From Eledone cirrhosa (Eukaryota), in assembly GCA_964016885.1 (NCBI GenBank), contig OZ024740.1:35092001-35156000 (forward strand): a stretch of DNA of 64,000 nt. The letters run 5' to 3'. The notes under the pieces are model-generated. The model searched no databases and had not been told where the DNA came from. It worked only from the letters and a program-made list of their open reading frames with translations. How positions within the stretch are numbered: the first letter of the stretch is position 1; every line of letters begins with the position of its first letter. Made by a program: the position numbers and the translations under genes. Below, piece after piece: positions 13,390-26,600 of the stretch.

Positions 13390-13973
13390 CTTAGAGTTTA
13401 GACTCAATGGGGTCATTTACAATGATTTCAGCTCTAAGAATCGCTTCTGAGCAGAATATATTAATATTTGATGAACATTTACATGTTTTAGTTGCAATTG
13501 ACTAATAAAATCGCTAGAATGAAATATCTTAATTCAACAACATAAAGTTTGCCTGTACGATCTAAAAAATAATAAATCAATACTCACAGACTCATATGGG
13601 CAAAAAGCCTTGGTACCTAGACACGTTTAAAATTCAAAATACAAACTTTTTCCGCAGATCGGTCAGAACTTCAAACTTCAAGCATGTTTCACAAAGGATG
13701 GTATAATAGTGAAATAATTAATTAATTAGCAGTGAGTTAATCAACTTTTTCTGTGTTTATCAATAGGTACCCAGATAAAATTAAATAACTCCACCTCAGA
13801 AAAATATCTAAGGTCTGGTTAGCGTAGCGAAAATACACGAGGTTTTGCACACGGCTTATTCCAGTCCTCTAACGTCCCACACATAGTGCTAGAAATAACA
13901 GCCGTTTATATGGGATTACAAATTCAGCTCACTTGGGGGAGCAGTGATAAATAGCTTAGAGTTTAGACTCAAT

Positions 13974-16329
13974 AAGGTGGAGGAATCAATTAAGGCCAAA
14001 AAGCAGGCTTGGAAAGTATGGCGGGAGGCGGGTAGAGAAGACTATCAAGTGGCCAGGAGGGAAGCTAGGAGACAAGTGTACTTCGCAAGAAGGGAAACAG
14101 AGGAAAGAAAGTTCAAGCATGTTCTACAACGCGAGGACCAAAAACGTGTTCAGGATTGCTAGGCAATGTGTCAAGGAAAACCGTGATATTGTCGGCGAGA
14201 AGTGTGTCTTGAATGATGATGGTGTACTTGCCATCACTGACGCTGATAAGAAGGTAGCTTGGAAGTGTCACTACGAAAGGCTACTAAATGAGGAGAATAA
14301 ATGGGAGAAAGACAGTCTCCCCCACATCGATCCAATAGAGGGACCAGCAGTGCAAGTTGAAGGTAGTATAATAAGTAAGGCAATCAAAGATATGAAGACG
14401 GGTAAGGCGGCTGGGCCTTCGGAAATAGTTGCTGAAATGCTGAAAGCATCTGGAACGGTGGGACACACTATGGTCCCCCGGATAGTAAACCAAGTCATAC
14501 AGGATGGGGTCGTTCCGAAGTACTGGCGTAGCAGTATCATCATTAACTGCTACAAGGGTAAAGGAGATGCCCTAGATAGGGGTAACTATAGAGGCATTAA
14601 ATTAATCGACCAGGTCATGAAGGTCACAGAAAAAGTAATAGCGCAACTAATCAGAGAGCGAATTGATCTAGATGAAATGCAGTTCGGGTTTGTGTCAGGT
14701 AAAAGTACCACAGACGCTCTTTTCATTGTACGACAACTACAGGAGAAGTACCTAGTTAAAAGTAAACCCCTATACTTAGCTTTTGTTGACTTGGAGAAAG
14801 CCTTTGACAGAGTCCCCCGCTCCATTATCTGGTGGGCGCTTAGAAAACTAGGTGTTGATGAATGGCTTGTGAGAGCTATACAAGCCATGTATAAAGAAAC
14901 AGTCAGCAAGGTTAGAATTAACAACGAATATAGTGAAGAGTTTAGCGTAAAAGTTGGTGTTCATCAGGGCTCCGTTCTTAGCTCCCTACTATTTATTATT
15001 GCCCTTCAGGCTATAACAGAGGAGTTCAAGACCGGCTGCCCATGGGAACTCCTATATGCAGATGATCTAACGCTCATAGCTGAATCAATGGAAGCATGGC
15101 CTAGAATCAAAAGGCCTTAAAATTAACCTGTCTAAGACTAAAGTTCTAGTTTGTAGGAAAGAAAATGGCCATGCTCAGTGTGTAGGAAAGGAGTAGGCAG
15201 AAACTCCATTTTATGTCCCAAATGCAAAGTATGGGTGCATAAAAGATGTAGTGGGATCACAGGTAAGCTAACTAAGAATATAGATTTTATATGTGGCCGG
15301 TGCTCAGGTGCAATAAGTAGCAGCAAGTGCCCACAGAATACTAGCTCATTCCATTGCACTGATGGTTCTATAGAAATAGTGGACACCTTCCGTTACCTGG
15401 GTGACAAAATCAGCAGTGGTGGAGGGTGCTCTGAAAGTACAGTAGCTAGAGTCAGAACAAGATGGAAAAAGTTCAGAGAGATTATACCACTATTGGCCGC
15501 TAAAGGGTTCTCTCTAAAAATGAAAGGCAGGCTGTATGATGCCTGCATACGAACAGCAATGTTACATGGCAGTGAGACTTGGGAATTGTGTGCAGAGGAT
15601 ATACGCAGACTGGAGAGGAACGAAGCTTGCATGCTCCGCTGGATATGTAATAGTAATATACGTGAACGGCAAAGCATAAACGAACTAAGGGAGAAATTAG
15701 AAATAAGAGGGATCAGATGTTGTTTACTCGAGAGAAGACTACGTTGGTATGGTCACGTGATGCGCATGAAAGACGACAGCTGTATAAAAAAGTGCAGGGC
15801 GATAAAAATAGACGGTAGCCACGGAGTAGGCAGACCCAGAAAAACCTGGGACGATTTGATAAATTCCTACCTCACACACTTACACCTCTCCAAGACAATG
15901 TCACTGGACCGAGATCGTTGGCGCTACACAGTAATACAGAAGATCCGCCTTGCCTAAGTACAAAGCGAAACCTACAGTCAGTAGGCACCTCTAAAAAAAA
16001 TACACCCCGTCCCACTACCCCCACCCCATCCACACCACCCCTTTCAATGTAAAGTTATGTTGGTACCACAACATCCAGGTCGAAACAAATGAGGTCGTGA
16101 AGGTGTCACGACAAAAAAAAACACACAGTCCACGCTGCAATGTGGCCGTGTAGGTAACACGGTAAAAACCTCCCAGCCCCACACTGTAAACGTGGTTGGT
16201 GTTAGGAAGGGCATCCAATCGTAGAAAACCCGCCAGACAGTCCTATACGAGCAAGTCAACCAATCTTGCATCAAGTGGGAAAATTCCCGTCCAAACCTAT
16301 GCAAGCGTTTAAGATGATGATGATGATGA
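13974..16329 (+). mobile_element. 5'-truncated RTE-clade LINE with deletions and (GAT)n tail
   Basis: NYRGIKL, AFVDLEKAFD, GVHQGS, LLYADD, Cys-rich CRKGVGRNSILCPKC..HKRC, GRPRKTW; paralogous to 58998-62120. Confidence 0.93.
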
Positions 16330-16375
16330 CACACATAATTACATATATGTATGCATACATACATATATATATATA

Positions 16376-16431
<56 letters not shown>

Positions 16432-16658
16432 TATAAAAAACATACACACACATATACATACTCACATGCATACACATTGATACGCACGCATATACTCACA
16501 ATCACACGTATAGGTACATATATATAAATGTAGGTGAGGAGGTGAGATTTATTGTAGCACAATAAAACAATGCAAATATCGGATAAGTAGCACTCAACTG
16601 TTTATTGGACTGGAGTATATATAAGAAGAAATTAAAAGATGGTTAAAAAAGTTCCATG

Positions 16659-16729
16659 TATTTTATTATGCGCATTTCAAAAACAAATATCATCTAGGGA
16701 CGATATTTGCGTTCTCATCAGATAAAATA
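16659..16729 (-). ncRNA. Canonical minimal hammerhead ribozyme
   Basis: TATTTTAT-CTGATGA-long stem II-GAAA-TGCGCA-TA-ATAAAATA, with palindromic stem III. Confidence 0.88.
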
Positions 16730-18788
16730 GGGAGACATTGTATGAAGCTTAAAAAAGACACTTGTGAGCAAGGTAGTGTCGAAACAACATATGATAAATA
16801 AAATTAAAAGGATATAGGAGATTAGAAAAAGGAAAGGAAGGGGAGAAGGGTAAGGAAGATGAAGAAAGGAAAAAGAAAAAAGAAGGAAAGGATAACGAAG
16901 AAAGATTATAAGAAGGAGGAAGGAGAGAGAAAGAGAGAGGAGATACAAGAGAGAGATAAACATTTAAACTGAGAAATGCTGTCCCACACAGAGAGATGAC
17001 TGAAAAAAACGGTTGTAAAATTTATAAATAAATTAAATAAATTAATAAGATTTTAAATTTAAAAGTTAATAAGGTTTATGGATGATGATGCTTATGATTA
17101 CAGATATAGAAATTAAGTATACTATTTATTTAGGGTTTAAATAGTGAAGGATTTATTAAGAAGTGCAAAAAATTTATTAAAAAAGTATTATTAACATAAA
17201 ATTTAGTGAAATAAGATAAGGTGAATGAAAATAAAGTTAGATGATTTATAAGCATAGAAGACGATATAGGGTCCTAGTTTGTTTCAATAGATTGTATTAT
17301 AAAAAGTAATTATTTAAGTTTATACAGGCTGGAAAGAGAGAAAAAACGAAAAAATACGAGGAAGAATAAAACATTACATTTTAATCCTAATTATAGAGAA
17401 AGAATTAGCTATATACTTTGTGAAATGACCTAAGCGATTTGTGGATACAAAGCGAAAATAAATCTGTGCGTCTATTTATTATAGAATTAAAATTAGAGAT
17501 AATGGTAAATTATTCCGCTAAGCATAAATTACATGTTCTGGATAGGGAACCATTAAAATAGGGAGAGGCGTTGCAAATTTTTCTTCAATAAATTTTGTAA
17601 TTAATGTTTTTGTCTTTTAAGGACCAGATGAGTTCTGAGAGAGAAGTGTTTGTTCTTTTAAGTGGGTATTTAAAAGATGAAGAATGGTTATATAATCTCG
17701 CCTTAAAGGAAATAGAAGTAGATCCATTTAGATTTATTTTCGCTTTGTATCCACAAATCGCTTAGGTCATTTCACAAAGTATATAGCTAATTCTTTCTCT
17801 ATAATTAGGATTAAAATCTTTTTCTCACACAGATATATTTCTTTTACACCTATATCCCTTTTTCTACCATATCTCAGTGCATTCTACAAAAGTTCATTCA
17901 TACTATAACATTTTTGGTCCCCTAATTGTATAATTTTTTAATTTCTTTTAATAATTTTTTGTAATTTTTAACCTTTTAATTCACTATAGCAAATTTCTTC
18001 TTGGCGATAGAAATTTTTTTCTTTTAAATAGTTCATCTTTATATCATTTTTATCAACATTACTTTTTAGTAGCTTTATCTCCCAATTTTTTACTTCAAAT
18101 CTATTAATATTAGCATTAGGTGCATTTTGTAAACAAATTTTGACGTAATGTTTTTTCTTCCTCGTACTTTTTCGTTTTTCTCTCTTTCCATGCTTGTATA
18201 AATTTAAATAATTACCTTTTGTATTACAATCTATTGAAACAAACTAGGACCCTATATCGTCTTCTATGCTTATAAATCATCTAACTTTATTTTCATTCAC
18301 CTTATCTTATTTCACTAAATTTTATCTTAATACTTTTTTTATAAATTTTTTGCACTTCTTAATAAATCCTTCACTATTTAAACCCTAAATAAATAGTATA
18401 CTTAATTTCTATATCTGTAATCATAAGCATCATCATCCATAAACCTCATTAACTTTTAAATTTAAAATCTTATTAATTTATTTAATTTATTTATAAATTT
18501 TACAACCGTTTTTTTCAGTCATCTCTCTGTGTGAGACAGCGTTTCTCAGTTTAAATGTTTATCTCTCTCTTGTATCTCCTCTCTCTTTCTCTCTCCTTCC
18601 TCCTTCTTATAATCTTTCTTCGTTATCCTTTCCTTCTTTTTTCTTTTTCCTTTCTTCATCTTCCTTACCCTTCTCCCCTTCCTTTCCTTTTTCTAATCTC
18701 CTATATCCTTTTAATTTTATTTATCATATGTTGTTTCGACACTACCTTGCTCACAAGTGTCTTTTTTAAGCTTCATATCATGTCTCCC

Positions 18789-18859
18789 TATTTTATCTGA
18801 TGAGAACGCAAATATCGTCCCTGGATGATATTTGTTTTTGAAATGTGCATAATAAAATA
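18789..18859 (+). ncRNA. Canonical minimal hammerhead ribozyme (mirror copy)
   Basis: TATTTTAT-CTGATGA-GAACGCAAATATCGTC-CCTG-GATGATATTTGTTTTT-GAAA-TGTGCA-TA-ATAAAATA. Confidence 0.85.
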
Positions 18860-18895
18860 CATGGAACTTTTTTAACCATCTTTTAATTTCTTCTT

Positions 18896-18929
<34 letters not shown>

Positions 18930-18937
<8 letters not shown>

Positions 18938-19390
18938 TAAACGGAATAGAAAATGGTAACAAATTGTTCACAGTTGAAAAATGGTTTAATTAGGAATAAA
19001 AGAGTATTAGTAATTGTATGGGTTAGTATTCAGTTGTGGTTTTAAGTTTTTACCGGTTGCGCATTTCTAAATGCTTTTCAAAAATAATTTTGAGTGTCCG
19101 TGTTGTTTGCTCTGATCTGATTAGTTTTGGGAATTCTACCTATTTTTATGTTTAACATAAAAAGAGGTAGAATTCCCAAAACTAATCAGATCAGAGCAAA
19201 CAACACGGACACTCTATCTCAAAATTATTTTTGAAAAGCATTTAGAAATGCGAAACCGGTAAAAACTTAAAAACTTAAAACCACAACTGAATACTAACCC
19301 ATACAATTACTAATACTCTTTTATTCCTAATTAAACCATTTTTCAACTGTGAACAATTTGTCAGCATTTTCAATTCCGTTTACCAATATA
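18930..19390. repeat. Foldback palindrome, arms about 220-235 bp, PLE terminal sequence
   Basis: Axis TTTTTATGTT-T-AACATAAAAA near 19152; same family as 48068-49120. Confidence 0.9.
19228..19264 (+). ncRNA. Hammerhead motif with variant core UUGAAAA
   Basis: TTT-TTGAAAA-GCATTT-AG-AAATGC-GAAA-CCGG-TA-AAA; helix I is weak. Confidence 0.55.
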
Positions 19391-19421
19391 TAATAACTTG
19401 TGTGTTACACCTCTATTCTTT

Positions 19422-19473
<52 letters not shown>

Positions 19474-19625
19474 AGGTGAAATTGGAAATAGCACGGAAAA
19501 TATATTTAAGGATCTGTTTTTCTTCTTTTTTCCTTTCTTTGATATGTCAAAGTGACATTATTGAAAAAATGAAAGGGACAGCTCTTTTAAAAAAGAGTTT
19601 TATAATGTAGATGAAATATATATAT

Positions 19626-19668
19626 TATAACCGGTTTCGATGTATTAGTAAAATCTATCTTATCAAAT
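19626..19668 (-). ncRNA. Degenerate hammerhead motif with core UUGAUAA
   Basis: AT-TTGATAA-GAT..ATC-GAAA-CCGG-TT-AT. Confidence 0.5.
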
Positions 19669-19860
19669 GTTGAGTATTACAATTAAAAAGACTTAATAAG
19701 AATTAAAAATTAAAGATTTAAGATTTAGTGTTGAGGCAAATTTTCTCATCTTACTTGTTGAGAGGGAGACTGGAAAAAATATGCACGCATGTATGTATGT
19801 ATGTATGTATGTATGTATGTATGTATGTATGTATGTATGTATGTATGTATGTATGTATGT

Positions 19861-21115
19861 CAGGTCACCAGTTGGTGCTACTGGTAACATGTATCCCAGT
19901 ACAACCTGTCTCATGGTCGGGTCGTTGGCGACTAAACTGGCAACCCCACCAAGGTTTCTTGGTGAGGTGGGTGACTTTGGAGATCCTGCAGGACTAAAAA
20001 CAAAACCTGTCAAAGGGCAAAGGAGCTCTTAAGAGTCAATGGCCATCCAAAATCACCGGGAGAGATGACCCCTTAGCCTTTGTCAAGGCAGAATTCTAGG
20101 AGAAGGAAAACTCTGATATAACACCTGCAACCCTGATGGTATCCAATGATGTTGACTTGTTCTTCTTTTTGGTAAATATCATCTTGGTTAAGAGAGTGGG
20201 ACTGGCTTTATGCAGTGCCTTTGCTCACTATAAAAGCTTCACGGCACAGGCATTGCTTTATGTCTGGAGATCTCTCTACACTTGTCGTGACATGATACCA
20301 TGGGCCCAGCACTATGTGCCAATAATTGTCACAAGTATAGTGTTTGTACCAGAGTTTTCAAGTCGCTGGCTGGACTAAAAAGTCACTCGTTCAGCGCATC
20401 GGTAGGGGTTCTCCTACATGGATATAAAGTAGTAGCCGTACTCGAAAACGAGTTGGCAGCCACCATGTATGTATGTATGTATGTATGTATGTATGTATGT
20501 ATGTACGTATGCGTGTATGTATATAATGGTAACATGTATCCCAGTACAACCTGGCTCATGGTCGGGTCGTTGGCGACTAAACTGGCAACCCCACCAAGGT
20601 TTCTTGGTGAGGAGGGTGACTTTGAACATCCTGCAGGACTAAAAACAAAACCTGTCAAAGGGCAAAGGAGCTCTTAAGAGTCAATGACCATCCAAAATCA
20701 CCGGGAGAGATGACCCCTTAGCCTTTGTCAAGGCAGAATTCTAGGAGAAGAAAAACTCTGATATAACACCTGCAATCCTGATGGTATCCAATGATGTTGA
20801 CTTGTTCTTCTTTTTGGTAAATATCATCTTGGTTAAGAGAGTGGGACTGGCTCTGTGCAGTGCCTTTGTTCACTATAAAAGCTTCACGGCACAGGCATTG
20901 CTTTATATCTGGAGATCTCTCTGCACTTGTCGTCACATGGTACCATGGGCCCAGCACTATGTGTCAGTAATTGTCACAAGTGTAGTGTTTGTACCAGAGT
21001 TTTCAAGTCGCTGGCTGGACTAAAAAGTCACACTCGTTCAGCGCATCGGTAGGGGTTCTCCTACATGGATATAAAGTAGTGGCCGTACTCGAAAACGAGT
21101 TGGCAGCCACCATGT
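19861..21115 (+). mobile_element. Tandem dimer of a roughly 600-bp RTE-derived non-autonomous element
   Basis: Units about 19861-20466 and 20526-21115, separated and flanked by (ATGT)n; RTE-type 5' motif CTAGGAGAAGGAAAACTCTGA and terminal zinc-finger remnant. Confidence 0.78.
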
Positions 21116-21479
21116 ATATATGTATATATGTATGTGTATGAGTGCCGCGCGCGCGTGTACATGTATATATATATTTCTATAGATTGAAGGACTAACTTGT
21201 ATGTTAAATATTTTTTGGGGGGTGTTACAAAAAATGAAATAATACTCAGTACAAAGATAATAAAGGTGCATGTCCAATGTTAATAAATAACTCTGTATGA
21301 GCTGGGATGTAAAATATGGCATATAAACTGTTAATGTAAGATAGTTTGAAGTGCTCTAGTACTAGAGTCTAGCACAAGAATGAATATTTAAATAATTGCA
21401 ATGGTAGAAGATTCTTTCTCTGAAAATGGGTCTTATATGAAAACCAACTTTAAAATTCTTTTTCCTCCAAAGGGTCTTT

Positions 21480-21897
21480 GGAGTAACGTTACTCGATAGA
21501 ATGCAGAGCTGGGAGATCAGAGAGTCGCTCCAGGTAGAGTCGCTATTTCTCCAAATTCAGAGATCCCAGTTTTGATATTACGGATTTGTTATTAGAACGT
21601 CTCAGGAAAGAATCGCTGGACAGATTTTACGGTCAAAATCAACCGGTAAGATACCCAGGGGTAGACCCCAAGCAAGATCGTTGGATAACACCCAAAATCT
21701 CGGTTGGTCTCATTTGGAGATCCAGCCGGCTCAATTGGAGACGGTTGCTTTTGACAGGACCCGTTGGAAAGAGTGTTTGAGGAGTCCGCCTCTACGAACC
21801 TCACAGAAATAAGTGGGCGAAGAAGAAGCAGAAGAAGAAGAAGAAGAAGAAGAAGAAGAAGAAGAAGAAGAAGAAGAAGAAGAAGAAGAAGAAGAAA
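21480..21897 (+). mobile_element. Decayed RTE-like 3' end with (GAA)n tail
   Basis: Frameshifted PRGRP..W..A.DR..W type C-terminus followed by about 25 GAA. Confidence 0.5.
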
Positions 21898-22256
21898 TCT
21901 TAGAATTGTTGAAAAAAGTTTTATTTAATATAACTGCTAGAGTAAAAATGGTTTCTAATTTTGACACAAGACCGGTATTTGTTTGGGGGCAAGGGGAGTC
22001 GAATATATCAACCCGAGAACTTGTCTGGAAACTTTACTCTCTTGACTGGGTAGCATGTCTCAGCTGCACCCTCACAGACAAGATGGCAGAGAAATTATCA
22101 TTACCTTTATAATGTGTTTTAGTTTTTTTGTAATATTGTCAACAAATATATACATTTCTTTTGCCAAATAATTTTACGTTAACCATTACTTTTGCGACTA
22201 TAAATGAATTGCAATTCAAAACAATTTTCATGAGAAATATTTTATAATTTTTCAAG

Positions 22257-22334
22257 TATGCAATGTTTGGAATATCTGGTGAAAAGTTAACCATGAAGTT
22301 ACGATCTGGATTATTCAAGGCCATACTACGTCAA
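22257..22334 (+). CDS. ABCB1: ABCB1-like exon, 78 nt: YAMFGISGEKLTMKLRSGLFKAILRQ
   Basis: caag/gtaag boundaries; GE.LT..LR...F.A.LRQ motif. Confidence 0.93.
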
Positions 22335-22539
22335 GTAAGAGAATATAACACTTTTTCCTTTCATAGATAGTAATAACTTTGTCCTAGATATTAATAACCT
22401 TTTACATATGACAGTCCCAAATTATCAAAAAATATGACGGTTGTTAATCTTAAGTACCTAGAATACATATTTTACTAATTGGCAGACGAACATTCCATCA
22501 ATACTCTTTTATATTATGTATGAATATATCCCCCACATC

Positions 22540-23500
22540 ACTAACTTTTTACATATTTATTCTCAAAGCTATCCTTTCTACGGATTGTATTGTATAGAGT
22601 TTTGGCCACTCCATCATGTCTCATAGGTAGATAGTATCGTGATGAAAACTTTGGACAGATGTTTATGATGTGGGTGACATCTTCGATGTTTATTCCAGGG
22701 TCTGCATCCGTTGTCATATTTAGGTGTTTTCTTTGCATCACCATCTCTTTTGTGTATTTCGTTATTTCCTGTTTTGGGATTGCAATATATCGGTTGTTGG
22801 TCCAAGATAGATTCTTTATCTATATTACTCCCGCTTAGAAGTTTTCTGGCAACATAGTCATGAATGACGTTTTGCTGATAAGCATGCAGATTTTTCATTC
22901 ATGGAATTTTTGCGGTATTGCGTTGCAATTTCTCTGGGTGTGAGATTTTGGTTATCATGTAGGGACTATTTCTCAATGAGCTCCTTCCCAATTATCATGA
23001 TGTTATCTGTCTCATGTAGACAGATTTATTCTATGGATGGGCTTCTACGTTTGGTGGTTCGTAGATGTCGGTGGAATATGATGTGATAGTTAAATGCTGT
23101 TAAGTCCCTGCCTTCCTGTTTACGTTTCAGGTAGAGGCGATCTAAGTCGCTGTTGATATGGAAATTTCCTGAACCGTTTAGAACTTTTCGCGTTGTAACA
23201 TCAATGGCTCGGATTTCATCTAGCGTCCAGTCAAGAAGTCCTCTAACAACGATTTTGTTAGTTAGGAGTTGCTCAACACAGCACCAAACTCCTTTCTTCT
23301 CAGCTGCTTGTTCCTCTGTCATGATTTTATTATTGTCAGAGTGATTGACAGGCTGTATATAGTTTATACATTAGTTTCTGGAATGAAATAATTCGGTAGC
23401 TTTATGCCGAGGATTTCTTTGTATTGGGGGACCAATCTTGTTTCTGCTAATGTCAGCCAGCTGGGTATATATGTATCTCCTTTGAGAGCTTGTTGATAGA
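22540..23500 (-). mobile_element. Heavily decayed R4/Dong-clade LINE fragments
   Basis: W..DEIRAIDVTTRKVL, HINSDLDRLYLKRKQEGR, EDVTHIINICP..RHD. Confidence 0.75.
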
Positions 23501-23542
23501 TAGGTACATCCGATTGAAATGTATTTTAAATGTATTTTGAAG

Positions 23543-23626
23543 GATATCTCTTGGTTCGATAAAGAAATAAACAATACTGGAACGCTGTGTACACGTTTAG
23601 CCGTTGATTCTGCTCGGGTGAAAGCG
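23543..23626 (+). CDS. ABCB1: ABCB1-like exon, 84 nt: DISWFDKEINNTGTLCTRLAVDSARVKA
   Basis: aag/gtaagt boundaries; D.SWFD...N.TG.L.TRLA.D motif. Confidence 0.95.
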
Positions 23627-23670
23627 GTAAGTTATTTAAGATTATTATTATTATTATTATTATTATTATT

Positions 23671-26600
23671 GGCGACCTACGTAGTAAATCGTATCATCGT
23701 GAGCTCCGCAAAGGTTTGTTATTTCCGTTTGTTAAAAATTGCCATTTATGGAAAATTTTTATTGTTAACCATATATAAGCGCACATACATTGTTTTCCGA
23801 AAAGGACACCCAAAAAGATTGGGGACTTGTGCCCAACATTTAAACTTTTATTATTATCAAAAAATTTCTTTGAAATAATTGGCTAATTCACCTCTGCACC
23901 AAGCGAAAGCCTTCCTCACAAATTAACACCTCACACCGACACCACCATTGTAAATGTTACTACGTTTGCCAACACTACAAAAAATATAAGCACTAGCAAT
24001 ATTTTAAATTTGTCTCAGGCAGACATTCATTTCCCGCCATTACCAATGACTGCAGGTGTTAAAGCCTCCACCACCGCGACAACCCCCACCCCCACCACCA
24101 CCGCGACAACCACCACCCCCACCACCACCGCGACAACAGAAACAAAAGAAGAAAAAATAAATTAACTCGTGATGTCGAAATGAAATCAAGCAAAATGGAC
24201 TCTTCTCCACCAAAGACGACTGACGTCACCACCACCACAACTGAAACTAAAATTAATATTAACACAAATAACGATAGCAACAACAACAACAATGACATTA
24301 TAAAAACCACCCTCAGTTTTGCCAGAGTAGCAAAACAGTTCGAAGCATTTACGGTAACTCAGGAGGATTTAGAAAATGCCAAACAAATGGTAAAGAAAGA
24401 TGGGTACAGGGTCAGCCCCCCCCACACCTAATACAATGGAGCATCGGCGCCTATGCATCGTGTCGTATCGAACAATAAATGTAAAATCGCGCCGAGTGGA
24501 ACGGGCATCCGAGTCCCAAATCCAAAAAGCTTTGGGACATGTGTGGGCAAGAAAAACCCACATCAGACGTGGGCAGAAGTATGGAACCGTGGACGTGTTC
24601 TTTGTAACACCAGAGGAGGCTAGAGAACACTCCATGGCCCCATTAAGAAGTGACGACTTCACACTCGTCCCAAGCTATTGTGGCCAGAGACTCGTAAAGA
24701 TCAGGGTGACCCACGTTCCACCGGCCATCGAAATTCCCTGGCTAATAGCGGCCGTCTTCGCCGGCATCGAAGCCAACACAAAAATAATAGCAATAGCAAA
24801 AGAAAAGCAGGAGAACTGGTCCGGATCTGGGATGGAGCTCCTGATCCAAGCGGACCAAAAAAGCATTGAGGAGATCCCAGAGGTAATAGACCTCACTGAC
24901 GGCAGCCACCTCACGGTAATTGTCGAGGGCAGAAGACCTAGGTGTGTCGTTTGTGGTGAAGGAACCCACCTAAGCGCTTTCTACCCTCAGGCTAAAAGGT
25001 TGAGGCCACCTCTCCTACCCACCCCAGTGACACAACCACCAACACCACCAGTAGCAGAGATGGCAGCAACAACTGTAGCAGCAACAACAGAAGCAACTAT
25101 AACAGCAACAACCCCAGCAACAGTAGCAAAACCAACACCACCACCACCATCAGCAAAACCAACACCACCACCACCCAACGCTTCAGAACTAGCACCAGCG
25201 CCTACACCATCCACCACGCCACAAGCAAAACTAACGCCTGTGGAGGATTTTCCACTCCCCGGCCTATCACAACTGGAGACAGATTGTGACGACGAGGAGT
25301 GGGAAACGATATCCGGAAAAAAAAAGAAATCAAAAAAGAAAAAATTCTCTTCCTTCCCCCTCCAAAAACAAAATACAGAGGGAAACAAATAAATTAAGAA
25401 ACAAAAAAGTTAGGACAGATATGCCACCATCCACACCAGCATCACCAACCCCATCAACCCAAACACCAACACCATCACCATCATTAACCCCAACACCACC
25501 ATCACCTACATCACAAAAGTCACCAAAATGCGAAACAGAAACAAACCCACAACAAACGCAAACAAAACAAAACAACCAAAACGATACACACTACACAGAA
25601 TTAAATCTGAACAACAAGCAATTATTACACTACATCCAACACAACACCAGCATCACAGAAAAAGACTACACAACAACCCAAAAATTCGCACCACCTCCAC
25701 ACATACAAATCACTCGCATCACACAGAAAACGTACATGACACTGAAAAAAAAAATTCCCCAAAGACATCGGAGACTTCCGACAAGCACTCTCCAGGAGGA
25801 TTTATAAGGACATCCTTCCTGAGGAGGCCACAAGCAGTGAAAAGGATGGAAAAACCGTCCTTCCCCTACGAGAAGTAAGGTAAGTGGTCTTTCCCATCTT
25901 TTCCACTCCTTTTCAACATGACCTCACTCAGAATAGGCAGCATAAATGCGCGTGGCTTGGGGTCGTCATGGAAGCAGGGCCACCTGCTCAACGACCTCAG
26001 GTCACTAAACATAGATGTAGTGGCCATCAGCGAGACCAGAATCTCCGAAGCACAGGCTTTCGCACCGATCTTCGGCGGCTACGATATGTACGCATCTCCC
26101 AGCCGTCCGGGATCGGGGGGGAGGAGTTGCTGTGCTTTTTCGGAGAGGTTTGGATCTTGCCATACGGGCCATCTTCCTGGACCCAGAAGGTAAGTTGGTG
26201 GTGCTGGACGTGACCAGCGGAGACGGGCAAGCTTTCAGGTTAGTGGCCGTCTATGCCCCGACAGGAGCAGGGCGGCCTGATTTCTTCCGGCGTCTGGAGA
26301 CCTTTCTTGGAACGTCCCGCTCTTTAGTGTTAGTGGGCGACTGGAACGGGATCTTAGATGCACGCTGGGATTGTGTGGGATTAGTGGGTAGGGAAGGCGG
26401 GTGCAAGAGTCTCACCAACCTGCTCAGACGTTTTGAACTGTCTGACAGGTACCGAATGGATTTCCCGAATGTACCAATGTGGACTTGGACAAATCGCATA
26501 GGGTCATCCAGATCATATCTAGATAGAGTATTTTGTAGGGAAATAGATAGGTCTAGCATAGGCTGTCCACAATTCAAGATAGTCAGCTACACGGACCACA

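Larger units (their letters stand above)
16480..18902. mobile_element. Penelope-like element with inverted arms (about 16617-17378 vs 18145-18902) and GIY-YIG remnant
   Basis: Near-identical ORFs 16718..16963(-) and 18555..18800(+) show the inverted repeat; minus strand reads GSTSISFKARLYNHSSSFKY at about 17670-17725. Confidence 0.88.

Noticed and set aside
19861-19950. HDV-like ribozyme at the 5' end of the RTE-derived element (CCAGT..GGG-TCG-TTGG-CGA-CTAA-ACTGG)
   Set aside because: P2, P4 and J4/2 look plausible, but I could not build P1 and P3 with the right spacing. It needs a covariance-model search.
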